Shown here: positions 49,415-58,804 of the stretch, piece by piece
How positions within the stretch are numbered: the first letter of the stretch is position 1
How the letters are laid out: every line of letters begins with the position of its first letter
From: Proteobacteria bacterium UBA2383
GTDB taxonomy: Bacteria; Pseudomonadota; Gammaproteobacteria; Competibacterales; Competibacteraceae
Assembly (NCBI GenBank): GCA_002343485.1
Contig: DDST01000138.1
Span: forward strand, 53,082 to 117,081
Direction: 5' to 3'
Length of the DNA stretch: 64,000 nucleotides
Made by a program: the position numbers and the translations under genes
Notes under the pieces: generated by a model
Databases searched by the model: none
What the model saw: only the letters and a program-made list of their open reading frames with translations
Told to the model about the DNA's origin: nothing

Positions 49415-51544
49415 ATGACAGCACCTTTTGTTGATCTACATTACGAGTGTGATCCTCCGGGGGTGATATTAATCCTGGAAGATGAGCCTTACATCCTGGC
49501 CGCCTTGTATCGCCAATTACCTCATGAATTCCATGTGGTTACGGCCACTACGGTTGATCAGGTGCTAGTCTTGCTGAATCAGCGGACCGTGGATGTGATC
49601 GTCATCGGCCAACGCATGGCTGGTGTCGGCATTGAGCTTCTCAGCGAGGTACGACAGCATGCTCCAAATACAGTTTGGATTTTGCTCGCCAATTGTCCGG
49701 CGCTAGATACGGCCATTCAGGCGAGCAACCTGGAGTGTATTGACGCTTACCTGGTGAGGCCTTTGGGCTCACTGGAGTTGTGTACTTTGCTGCATGAAGG
49801 CATCCAGGAAGCTCGTTTGCTGATCAAAAATCAGCAGTTGCTCAGCGAGCTGAGTCAAGTTAAGCAGCAACTGGAAATACAGATCAATCAACTAAAACAA
49901 GAGTTGCGCAACAGCCAGGAACAGTTTCAAAGCGTAGTGAGAAAGAATCAAGCCGGTATTCTGTTATTGGATGAGCAGGGCAAGATTCTATTCGCTAACC
50001 TGGCCGCAGAAACCCAGTTAGGCCGTAATGATCAAATGTTGATAGGCAGTGATTTTGGCATCCCCGTTTTACATGACAAAATGGAAATCACCATCCTGCT
50101 TCCTAACCGGACGCAGGGCATTGCTGAACTGATGGCCACCGAAACTCAGTGGCAGGGCCAGAACGCCTATCTGGTGATGCTGCATGATGTGACCCGGCAC
50201 AAAAAAGCGGAAGCCCAGGCCCGGCATCTGGCCAGCCACGATAGCTTGACGGCCTTACCTAATCGCGTCTTGTTTACTGATCGCCTTAACCAGGCGCTCC
50301 TGCGGGCGCAGCGTAGCAAAACCAAGGCCGCTGTGTTGTTTATAGATCTGAATCATTTTAAGGAAATCAACGATACGCTGGGTCATAAGGTCGGCGATCA
50401 CTTGCTTCAGCAATTCGCATCCCGGTTGGCCGAAGCAGTGCGTAAATCCGACACGGTGGCGCGGATGGGAGGCGATGAATTCACGGTGCTGCTGGAAGGG
50501 TTGAACGACCGCAAACAGGTCAGTGCCTTCGCCAAAAAACTGCAGAAACTTTTTAAACAGCCTTTCGCAATGGATAACGGTGAGTTGTTTGCTATTCCCA
50601 GCATCGGTATCAGCATCTACCCTGATGATGCTGGGAATACCGATGAGTTGCTGTGCCGGGCCGATAGCGCCATGTACTACGCCAAGCGCCATAAGGAAGT
50701 CGACTTCTGTTTTTATTCTAAAGAACTCGACACCCATAACCTCAACCGTCTGAGTCTGGAACATGACCTGCGCCGGGCATTGGAACGACAGGAATTTGTT
50801 CTGTATTACCAGATCCAGGTGCGTCTTTGTGATGAACGGCCTATCGGCACGGAGGCACTGGTACGCTGGCAGCATCCGAGCCGGGGGGTGGTTCTGCCTA
50901 ACGATTTTATCCCGTTGCTCGAAGACACTGGCCTGATTATACCCGTTGGCAACTGGATTCTAGCGGAAGTCTGCCGGCAGATTGCGGCGTGGCGCGCTAT
51001 GGATGTCGACCTTGTGCCGGTGGCAGTCAATATCTCTCCTAAGCAACTAGCAGATAAAAGTTTCATTGGAACGATGAGAGGCTTGCTGGAGCACAGTAAT
51101 ATGCAACCCCGCTTGCTGAGACTGGAATTAACCGAAAGCGCGGTGATGCAAGATCAGTCTTACATTTTTCAAACCCTGGATGCCCTGCGCGAACTAGGCA
51201 TTGAATTGCATATGGATGATTTTGGCGTAGGCTATTCGTCCCTCGGTCTGCTCAAGCAACTGCCCTTTGATATTGTGAAGGTGGACCAGAGTTTTATTGT
51301 CGACGTGTTGACTGATTCCAGCAGCGCCCTATTGACTCAATCGATCATCAACATAGCACATGGCCTTAAAAAACAGGTAATTGCCGAAGGTGTTGAAACT
51401 ACGGAACAAGCTGCGTATTTACTGCACATCGGTTGTGATCATGCGCAAGGCTGGCGGTATGGCCAACCTATTCCTGCAGCCAGCATGACAGACTACCTGC
51501 AAAATATGGAGTGCCTGAACGCTTCTGCCTCAGAGGAGGATTGA
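49415..51544 (+). CDS. pseudo-receiver-PAS-GGDEF-EAL protein
   Basis: 709 aa. REC-like N-terminus with Gly at the phospho-Asp position (DVIVIGQRMAG), coiled coil, PAS, GGDEF (RMGGDEFTVLL), EAL (EALVRW, DDFGVGYSS). Confidence 0.9.
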   Translation: MTAPFVDLHYECDPPGVILILEDEPYILAALYRQLPHEFHVVTATTVDQVLVLLNQRTVDVIVIGQRMAGVGIELLSEVRQHAPNTVWILLANCPALDTAIQASNLECIDAYLVRPLGSLELCTLLHEGIQEARLLIKNQQLLSELSQVKQQLEIQINQLKQELRNSQEQFQSVVRKNQAGILLLDEQGKILFANLAAETQLGRNDQMLIGSDFGIPVLHDKMEITILLPNRTQGIAELMATETQWQGQNAYLVMLHDVTRHKKAEAQARHLASHDSLTALPNRVLFTDRLNQALLRAQRSKTKAAVLFIDLNHFKEINDTLGHKVGDHLLQQFASRLAEAVRKSDTVARMGGDEFTVLLEGLNDRKQVSAFAKKLQKLFKQPFAMDNGELFAIPSIGISIYPDDAGNTDELLCRADSAMYYAKRHKEVDFCFYSKELDTHNLNRLSLEHDLRRALERQEFVLYYQIQVRLCDERPIGTEALVRWQHPSRGVVLPNDFIPLLEDTGLIIPVGNWILAEVCRQIAAWRAMDVDLVPVAVNISPKQLADKSFIGTMRGLLEHSNMQPRLLRLELTESAVMQDQSYIFQTLDALRELGIELHMDDFGVGYSSLGLLKQLPFDIVKVDQSFIVDVLTDSSSALLTQSIINIAHGLKKQVIAEGVETTEQAAYLLHIGCDHAQGWRYGQPIPAASMTDYLQNMECLNASASEED

Positions 51545-51690
51545 GGATTGATAAGCAATGTGACGCGAATTCTAGTAGTCCTTCACAAGCGCCATCCATG
51601 CCGCCCTCCCTCTGCATTACGCAATATGAAGCAGGATAGGGGTTATCAACAGTTTGCCGATGAATTGCTCAAGCCCGGCAGAGTTGGGTC

Positions 51691-53487
51691 ATGAGCGCGC
51701 TTTCCTTGCTGCATCATCGGGTTGGCCAGACGCTGATCGCCGGCATCGCTTTATTAAGTCTGCTGGTGATAATCAGCACGACTGCCATTCAGTTTTATTT
51801 CGACTACCGGACTGCTCGCGCTGGACTTATGGCTCCCTTTGACCCGGTTCGCCATCTTGCTGATACCCGCCTGAGTCAGGCTGTCTGGGCCGAAAACAAC
51901 ACTCAAATTCAGGCGTTTCTGGATGTCCTGGTCACGATGCCCGATCTCTACTATGCAGCGATTATAAAACAAGGCCAAGTTCAAGCGCAGGCCGGTCAGC
52001 CTTCAGTCACATATCCTGTTGAATGGGAAATTCCATTGCAATTTACTCTTGAAGGCCAGCCGCTTGAAATCGCGCGTCTGCGCCTGATAAGCGACGAAGA
52101 TGCCATTTGCGCCCAACTGATCCGCCGATCCCTGCAGCGGCTGGCCACCACCACTGTGGAAATACTGGCTCTGGCTCTGCTCATTGTGCTGTTCCTGTTC
52201 CACGGCCTGACCCGCCGCCTGCAGGCCGTTGCTCACTGTGCCGGCGCACTGGATTCTGCACACGGTCCAGGCAGCGTGTGCCTGAACCGCTTGACATCCG
52301 CATGTGGCGAGGACGAACTCGATATTGCGGTCACCAATGCTAGCCGGGTCCATTGTAAACTGGCGGGTCTTTATGCGGATGAACACGCTCGCTCCAAGAC
52401 AGCGCTTCTGCATCTTGATTACGCGCTGGCTAACATGACGGAAGGACTGGCCCTAATGGATGCCGAGGGTTTGGTGCTACTGGCCAATCCCCGGCTGAAT
52501 GAACTCTACGGCGCTGATCACACGCCGGTATGGGCCGAAGGACAGCCGCTGGCTGCGATCAATGCTGCTCTGACCGAGCAGGCCATGGTCACCGAGGAAA
52601 TCGTGATTGAAGCAGTCGCGGACATGCGCTTGCTGGAACGCCGGTTGCGGGACGGACGATGGGTACTGGTCCGTGATCGCACCCTACCCGGCGGACGCCA
52701 GTTGCAGCTGCATACTGAGATCACCCAGCTTAAGCAGCGTGAATTGGATTTGCAGCACAGCAACGCAGATCTTGAGCAATTCGCCTATGTCGCCTCCCAC
52801 GATCTGCAAGAACCTTTGCGCATGATTACCGGGTATCTGCAATTATTGGAGCGCCGCTACCGGAACAAATTAGATGATTCGGCCCACGAGTTTATCGCCA
52901 TCGCGGTGGACGGGGCCAAGCGCATGCAGCAACTGATTCTCGATTTGTTAGCGTTCTCGCGGATCAGTACGCGCAGCCAAACCTATGCGTCGACCGATAT
53001 GGCACAGGTATTATCCAGCGTTCTTGCCAATCTTGAAGCCGCCATCCGCGATCATGCGGCCCTCATCCATCATGATCCACTGCCTACCATCGTCGCTGAT
53101 TCAGGGCAAATGCACCTATTACTGCAAAACCTGCTGGCCAATGCCCTCCGTTTCCACAAACCGGATGAGCCGCCACACATCACGATTAGCGCCCAGCATC
53201 TCAAAAAAACCTACCATGCTCCCTTGGACGGACAGGTTTCCGGCTGGATCTTCGCGGTATGTGATAATGGCATTGGTATTGAGCCGTGTTTTTTTGAACG
53301 CATTTTCATTATCTTTCAGCGGCTGCATACTCGGGAGGAGTATCCGGGCACCGGAATTGGGCTGGCGGTTTGTAAAAAGATCGTTGAGCGTCATGGCGGG
53401 CGCATTTGGGTCGAATCTAAGCTGGATCAAGGAACATGCTTTCGCTTTTTCCTGCCCGATCATTCACTCACTATAGGTTCTGCTTGA
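51691..53487 (+). CDS. membrane sensor histidine kinase (TM-periplasmic-TM, PAS, HisKA-HATPase; H-box of the SHDLQEPLR type)
   Basis: 598 aa. FAYVASHDLQEPLRMI H-box, NLLANALRF, DNGIGI, GTGIGLAVCKKIVERHGG. Confidence 0.9.
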   Translation: MSALSLLHHRVGQTLIAGIALLSLLVIISTTAIQFYFDYRTARAGLMAPFDPVRHLADTRLSQAVWAENNTQIQAFLDVLVTMPDLYYAAIIKQGQVQAQAGQPSVTYPVEWEIPLQFTLEGQPLEIARLRLISDEDAICAQLIRRSLQRLATTTVEILALALLIVLFLFHGLTRRLQAVAHCAGALDSAHGPGSVCLNRLTSACGEDELDIAVTNASRVHCKLAGLYADEHARSKTALLHLDYALANMTEGLALMDAEGLVLLANPRLNELYGADHTPVWAEGQPLAAINAALTEQAMVTEEIVIEAVADMRLLERRLRDGRWVLVRDRTLPGGRQLQLHTEITQLKQRELDLQHSNADLEQFAYVASHDLQEPLRMITGYLQLLERRYRNKLDDSAHEFIAIAVDGAKRMQQLILDLLAFSRISTRSQTYASTDMAQVLSSVLANLEAAIRDHAALIHHDPLPTIVADSGQMHLLLQNLLANALRFHKPDEPPHITISAQHLKKTYHAPLDGQVSGWIFAVCDNGIGIEPCFFERIFIIFQRLHTREEYPGTGIGLAVCKKIVERHGGRIWVESKLDQGTCFRFFLPDHSLTIGSA

Positions 53488-53539
53488 TCCTGTATCCCTA
53501 CGTTAATCTTTGAATAGCATACCGGAATTGTGAACTGTC

Positions 53540-53995
53540 ATGGATAATACCCTTCATTCAACTCAGTTGATTAGCATTCTCCTGGTAGAGGACAGTCCGG
53601 CTGACGCGCGCTTGACCTGTGAAGCGCTGAAAGATGGCAAGGTTGCCAATCGTATTCATATTGTCGATGACGGGATAAAAGCCTTGGCGTTTCTACGCCG
53701 GCTGCCGCCTTATGAACATGCGCCCCCGGTTGACATCATCCTTCTTGATCTGAATATGCCACGCATGGACGGACGAACCGTGCTGGCTGAGATCAAAGCC
53801 GATCCAGTGCTAAAAGTGATACCTGTCGTGATTCTGACCACTTCTCAGGCGGATGAAGACGTCTTGCGCGCTTATGAATTACAAGCGAATTGCTACGTCA
53901 CCAAACCCGTGGACCTGGATCAACTGATCAAAGTGGTGACCAGTATTCAGGAATTCTGGTTTTCCATCGTGCGGCTTCCTGATCAGAGGAAATAG
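53540..53995 (+). CDS. single-domain response regulator (Rcp1-like)
   Basis: 151 aa. [35 protein letters not shown]. Confidence 0.9.
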   Translation: MDNTLHSTQLISILLVEDSPADARLTCEALKDGKVANRIHIVDDGIKALAFLRRLPPYEHAPPVDIILLDLNMPRMDGRTVLAEIKADPVLKVIPVVILTTSQADEDVLRAYELQANCYVTKPVDLDQLIKVVTSIQEFWFSIVRLPDQRK

Positions 53996-54000
53996 ATGAC

Positions 54001-54876
54001 ATGGCTGATGTGCAAGCGCCTACTCGACCGCTGCGCCTGCTCTTGGTTGAAGACGATGCGGGCCATGCCCGGTTGACCAGGGAATGGCTCCAGGAAGCGG
54101 ATCCGTTTGGATTTGCTATCACGCACGTCGTCACTTTGACTGCCGCCCTAGCTGTGCTGAAAGAACAGGTTTTCGATTTGATGGCGCTGGATCTTGGGCT
54201 TCCGGATAGCCAGGGACTGGTTACCCTGCAAAAAATGCGCGCCATGATTTCCGATATCCCGATTGTGGTGTTGACCAACCAGTCAGATGAATCCATGGGC
54301 ATCGCTGCGGTCGAAGCAGGCGCTCAGGATTACCTGGTCAAAGGCCACTTTGAACCCGAATATCTGCTCTCGCGCACCTTTAAATACGCTGTCGAACGCC
54401 ATCAACTCCAGCAACGGGTGAATGCCGCCCGCGAGGAGGCGGAACAACAACGGGAACTGCTGGAGCTGACCAAAAGAATCAACGGCCATACTCCCGTGAC
54501 GTTGTCATTGTATAGCCAGAAAGCTTTGGCCGACTATAATGCGGTGCTGTTTCAGACGCTGGTCAACACGTATCGCGACTTGCTAGAGAAGGCGGTGGAG
54601 CAGCAGGCATTCAAAGTGGAGCATCCCGTCGATCGCGGGTTGACCGCACTGGCGCAACAACTGGGTTTTTTGAAAGCCGGACCGCGTGATGTCATTGACC
54701 TGCACTCCCGCGCGTTAGAAATCGCCTTGCAGAACCGGGGCAAATATGCCGCCAAATTCTATGCCGACGAAGGGCGGCTAATGGCGCTGGAATTGATGGG
54801 AGATCTGGTCAATTACTACCGGCATTTCTACCGGAATGCGCTGCATAGCACACAGACTGGAAAAGAACCCCTTTGA
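54001..54876 (+). CDS. receiver domain fused to a KaiA-like (or RsbU_N-like) helical C-terminal domain; candidate KaiA3-type protein
   Basis: 291 aa. Canonical REC ([28 protein letters not shown]). The C-terminal ~110 aa align by eye with the S. elongatus KaiA C-terminal domain (details in findings). It lies 13 nt upstream of kaiB. Confidence 0.6.
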   Translation: MADVQAPTRPLRLLLVEDDAGHARLTREWLQEADPFGFAITHVVTLTAALAVLKEQVFDLMALDLGLPDSQGLVTLQKMRAMISDIPIVVLTNQSDESMGIAAVEAGAQDYLVKGHFEPEYLLSRTFKYAVERHQLQQRVNAAREEAEQQRELLELTKRINGHTPVTLSLYSQKALADYNAVLFQTLVNTYRDLLEKAVEQQAFKVEHPVDRGLTALAQQLGFLKAGPRDVIDLHSRALEIALQNRGKYAAKFYADEGRLMALELMGDLVNYYRHFYRNALHSTQTGKEPL

Positions 54877-54889
54877 TGGACTTCGCACC

Positions 54890-55177
54890 ATGAATAAATA
54901 CCTGCTCAAGCTCTACATTACCGGATGTACTCCGCAAAGCGAGCGCGCGATTAGTAACCTGTACCGGATTTGCGAGGCGGAAATGCAAGGTCAGTTCGAG
55001 GTGCAAATCATCGATGTCTTGCAATCACCTGAGCTTGCTGAGAAAGATCGCATTATTGCTACGCCGACTCTAATTAAGGATTTGCCGCAACCCTTGCGGC
55101 GTATCATTGGCGACCTGTCCGATGTCGAGCGTGTCCTGCGAGGACTGGATATTGAGCAAATCCACGGACAACCATAA
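54890..55177 (+). CDS. kaiB: circadian clock protein KaiB homologue
   Basis: The internal ATG at 54890 gives 95 aa. [62 protein letters not shown]. Confidence 0.9.
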   Translation: MNKYLLKLYITGCTPQSERAISNLYRICEAEMQGQFEVQIIDVLQSPELAEKDRIIATPTLIKDLPQPLRRIIGDLSDVERVLRGLDIEQIHGQP

Positions 55178-55190
55178 GGAGCTACCCGCG

Positions 55191-56717
55191 ATGTCCTCTT
55201 ATCACTCTAATCGGATTAGCAAGCTGGCGACGGGGATTGCCGGTTTCGATGCGATCGCTAAAGGCGGACTACCCGAGGGGCGTACCACTCTGATTGCCGG
55301 TTCGGCCGGCAGCGCCAAGACCGTGTTCGCTGTCCAGTTTCTTGCTGAAGGCATCCGTCAGTTTGACCAGCACGGCGTATTTGTCACTTTCGAGGAAGCG
55401 CCCGCCGATATCCGCCGCAATATGGCGTCCCTGGGCTGGGATATCGCTGCTTGGGAAGCTGCAGGATGTTGGGCCTTTGTCGATGCTTCGCCGCTACCTG
55501 GTGAGGCCGAGGTCATCGCCGGTGCCTACGATCTTGGTGCGCTGCTGGCCCGTATCGAGGTTGCGGTTAACCGGGTCGGCGCGCGGCGATTGGCCATGGA
55601 TTCACTGGGGTCCTTGTTCAGTCATTTTGAGAATCATGCACTAATCCGCAACGAGCTGTTCCGCATCTCAGCCGCGCTGAAACTGATGAACATCACCGCG
55701 ATCATGACCGCCGAGCGTACCCAGGAGTACGGTGACATCAGCCGCTACGGTGTGGAAGAGTTTGTGGTCGATAATGTCATGATCCTGCGCAATGTGCTGG
55801 ATGGGGAGAAGCGGCGGCGGACCGTGGAGCTGCTCAAATTCCGCGGCACCGAACACCAGAAGGGTGAATATCCGCTGACGGTACTCCCCGGTCAGGGTAT
55901 CGTGGTCATCCCGCTGTCAGCCATCGAACTCAAGCAACGCTCGTCGAACACCCGCCTCACGTCCGGCAGCCGCGAATTAGACGCCATGTGTGGCGGCGGA
56001 TTCTTCCGTGATTCGATTATTCTGGTGTCCGGGGCCACCGGTTGCGGCAAAACACTCATCACCACCGAGTTTGCCGCCAGCGGTGCGTCCGGAGACGAGC
56101 GATGCCTATTTTTGGCTTTCGAGGAGAGCCGGGATCAGTTGACGCGGAATGCGACTGGCTGGGGCAAAAACTTTGAAGATTTGGAATCCCGGGGCTTGCT
56201 CAGGGTCATCGCAACTTATCCGGAAACAATGGGACTGGAAGACCATCTGATCGCCATCAAGATGGCCATTGACGAATTCCAGCCTAATCGCGTGGCGGTG
56301 GACAGCCTGTCCGCCCTAGAACGGGTCTCCACCGTCAAGGGTTACCGCGAATTCGTCATCGGCTTGACGTCGTTCATCAAGCACCGTGAAATCGCTGGCT
56401 TGTTCACCTCCACGACGCCACGGCTGATCGGCGGCGAATCGATCACTGAAGCGCATATTTCCACTATCACGGATTCCATTATTCTGCTGCGCTACGTGGA
56501 GATGTTTGGGGAGATCACTCGCGGCATCACGGTGCTGAAGATGCGCGGCTCAGCCCACGATAAGGAGATCCGCGAGTTTTCCATCGACGCCAACGGCATG
56601 CACATTGGTAAGGCCTTCCGCAACGTTACCGGTATCCTGTCGGGTCATCCGCGCCATGTGGAACCTCAGGAAATCGGGCGGTTGAACGCCTTGTTTGTTA
56701 ATCATAACGAGGCGTGA
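55191..56717 (+). CDS. kaiC: KaiC homologue (double RecA-type ATPase)
   Basis: ATG at 55191 follows AAGGA. 508 aa. CI P-loop GSAGSAKT with TFEE. CII P-loop GATGCGKT with AFEE. The phosphosite region ITEAHISTITDSIILLRYVE conserves the T..S-T triad. Confidence 0.95.
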   Translation: MSSYHSNRISKLATGIAGFDAIAKGGLPEGRTTLIAGSAGSAKTVFAVQFLAEGIRQFDQHGVFVTFEEAPADIRRNMASLGWDIAAWEAAGCWAFVDASPLPGEAEVIAGAYDLGALLARIEVAVNRVGARRLAMDSLGSLFSHFENHALIRNELFRISAALKLMNITAIMTAERTQEYGDISRYGVEEFVVDNVMILRNVLDGEKRRRTVELLKFRGTEHQKGEYPLTVLPGQGIVVIPLSAIELKQRSSNTRLTSGSRELDAMCGGGFFRDSIILVSGATGCGKTLITTEFAASGASGDERCLFLAFEESRDQLTRNATGWGKNFEDLESRGLLRVIATYPETMGLEDHLIAIKMAIDEFQPNRVAVDSLSALERVSTVKGYREFVIGLTSFIKHREIAGLFTSTTPRLIGGESITEAHISTITDSIILLRYVEMFGEITRGITVLKMRGSAHDKEIREFSIDANGMHIGKAFRNVTGILSGHPRHVEPQEIGRLNALFVNHNEA

Positions 56718-56726
56718 AAGTTCGCT

Positions 56727-56741
56727 ATCCTGCTCCAGGAT
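56727..56741. terminator. weak hairpin between the convergent kaiC and NuoB-like genes
   Basis: ATCCTG-CTC-CAGGAT, a 6-bp stem followed by TCCCCTTTC. It sits in a 31-nt convergent gap. Confidence 0.3.
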
Positions 56742-56748
56742 TCCCCTT

Positions 56749-57261
56749 TCAATTCACTTGTAGCAAGGCTAGCAACCCCTCCAGCAATTGCATCGGAGCC
56801 GGCGGGCAACCAGGAATATGCAAATCAACTGGAATTACCTCGGCCACTCCACCCGCACAAGCATAGCTCTTGGCGAACACGCCGCCATCTCGCCCGCAAT
56901 CGCCGATTGCCACCACCCATTTAGGATCGGGTGCCGCCGCGTAGGTGCGCTCCAGCGCCTCGCGCATATTCGTGGTCACCGGGCCGGTGACCAGCAATAC
57001 ATCCGCATGGCGCGGCGAAGCGACGAAATGAAAACCGAAGCGTTCCAGATCATAAAAGGCGTTATTCAGCGCATGAATTTCCAGTTCGCAACCGTTGCAG
57101 GAACCTGCATCCACCTCACGGATCGCTAGACTGCGCCCTAGCCGCTGCCGGGCTGCCTGATCGACCTTCGCGCCTAATTCAGCCAGCGCTTGTCCGGATG
57201 GGGCCGGGGCCGGGATGGTGAGTGGCAGCCGCCAGAGATTTTGCAACAATAATTTGCGCAT
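56749..57261 (-). CDS. NuoB/HyfI-like small subunit with [4Fe-4S] ligands
   Basis: 170 aa. GSCNGCE, GDCG and GCPP supply four Cys, as for the N2/proximal cluster. Confidence 0.9.
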   Translation of the reverse strand: MRKLLLQNLWRLPLTIPAPAPSGQALAELGAKVDQAARQRLGRSLAIREVDAGSCNGCELEIHALNNAFYDLERFGFHFVASPRHADVLLVTGPVTTNMREALERTYAAAPDPKWVVAIGDCGRDGGVFAKSYACAGGVAEVIPVDLHIPGCPPAPMQLLEGLLALLQVN

Positions 57262-57272
57262 GGCGGGACCGC

Positions 57273-58793
57273 CTACAAGTCGTGGCCCGAATACGAGCCG
57301 TTAAACGATTTATTGCACAGCGGGAAATCCGCTACGATGTTGCCCTCGATGGCTGCTTCCAGCAGGGGCCACTGAAACCAGGACGGATCGCGGGGATGGC
57401 AGCGTGCTACCGTCCCGTCGCTGTTCAATCGCAGCCAGACTAGAATATCGCCGCGAAAGCCCTCGATCAGCGCCATACCTTCACACGGCCGGCCAAGCGC
57501 GTTCAGCGCCACGCCCACCGGCCCGGATGGCAGCTTCTGCAAAATCTGTTCGATCAACGCCAGGCTTTGCTCCACCTCGCAGATGCGCAGCCACACGCGA
57601 CCGTTGACGTCACTATCAGTCCGCAGGGGCACCTCGAATTTCAATTCATCGTAAGGCGGATAACCCAGTGCACGGCGTGCGTCAAAAGCGCGGCCTCCGG
57701 CCCGGCCGACATAGCCGCCACAGCCAAATTGGCGGATCAGCGCCGGTTTGACAAAGCCGGTTTTAACTGTGCGGTCTTGCAGCGAAGCGGTGTTGTCGTA
57801 CAACGTGACCAGCGGTGGAAATTGGCGGCGGATACCGGTTACCAAGGATTGCAAAATATCCGGCCCATCTGCGGGCAGATCAGTGGCCACCCCGCCTGGA
57901 ATGACACTATCCATTAGCAGACGATGGCCGAAACAGGCCGCACTGGCCCGCAGAATCTGCTCGCGCAGCACGGCGCAATGGGCCAGCATCAAGGCAAAAG
58001 CGGCATCGTTGCAAATCGCGCCGATGTCACCGCAATGATGGGCCAGCCGCTCCAATTCTGCCATCAGCGCCCGTAGCCAATGGGCACGGGCAGGAATTTC
58101 AGTTTCCGTGGCGGCTTCTACCGCACGAGCGAAAGCCAGCGCGTAAGCAACGGTGCTATCCCCAGATATCCGTCCGGCTAGCTGCGCTGCTTGCTCCAGC
58201 GATGCGCCTTTCAGCAGGCCCTCGATGCCTTTATGGACATAGCCCAACCGTTGCTCCAGCCGTGCTACGGCTTCGCCGTTGGCGGTAAAGCGGAAATGGC
58301 CAGGTTCAATGATCCCGGCGTGAACCGGTCCCACTGGAATCTGGTGCAGGCTTTCGCCTTCTACCGGCAAAAATGGGTATGGCGGCACCGGTGAGGCCGG
58401 CGCAGTGGCAGCACCCAGCGGATGGCGCACTGGCCAGCGGCCATGATCCAGCCACGGACGAACATCGGGCGCGCCGACCGGGTGTAAACCCATCAAATCG
58501 GCGATCGTGCGTTCCAGACGTTGCGCCGGTGGATGCCGGCGGCCCACTGAGGGAAAGCATCCATCCGGGCAGGGCAGGCTGGCGACGCTCAGCATCCCGC
58601 TTGCCTCCTCACGCACGGCCAAATGCACAACTCCCGTCTCACCCCATAATCCCAGCAGCGTCCAAACATTACCCGCCAAGCCTTCAATCAGGGTATTCCA
58701 GATTTCGGGCGTCACGACGACCCGGGGCCAGGGGCGATGGTCCGCCACCGGGTGGCCGGCATCGAGAACTGCTTGCAAGGATTGTGTATTCAT
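57273..58793 (-). CDS. fused NuoC-NuoD / HycE-like large subunit lacking the N-terminal NiFe cysteines (Ehr-type)
   Basis: Start taken at MNTQSL (ATG 58793, 11 nt after the upstream stop); the listed longer ORF overlaps the upstream gene. GPVHAGIIEPGHFRF and RLGYVHKGIE are conserved. It reads GRISGDSTVAY where NiFe enzymes have R-[IV]-C-G-[IV]-C. The C-terminus reads DFPLCNKSFNGSYSGHDL instead of DPCxxCxxR/H. Confidence 0.85.
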   Translation of the reverse strand: MNTQSLQAVLDAGHPVADHRPWPRVVVTPEIWNTLIEGLAGNVWTLLGLWGETGVVHLAVREEASGMLSVASLPCPDGCFPSVGRRHPPAQRLERTIADLMGLHPVGAPDVRPWLDHGRWPVRHPLGAATAPASPVPPYPFLPVEGESLHQIPVGPVHAGIIEPGHFRFTANGEAVARLEQRLGYVHKGIEGLLKGASLEQAAQLAGRISGDSTVAYALAFARAVEAATETEIPARAHWLRALMAELERLAHHCGDIGAICNDAAFALMLAHCAVLREQILRASAACFGHRLLMDSVIPGGVATDLPADGPDILQSLVTGIRRQFPPLVTLYDNTASLQDRTVKTGFVKPALIRQFGCGGYVGRAGGRAFDARRALGYPPYDELKFEVPLRTDSDVNGRVWLRICEVEQSLALIEQILQKLPSGPVGVALNALGRPCEGMALIEGFRGDILVWLRLNSDGTVARCHPRDPSWFQWPLLEAAIEGNIVADFPLCNKSFNGSYSGHDL

Positions 58794-58804
58794 TGCTCTG
58801 TCTC

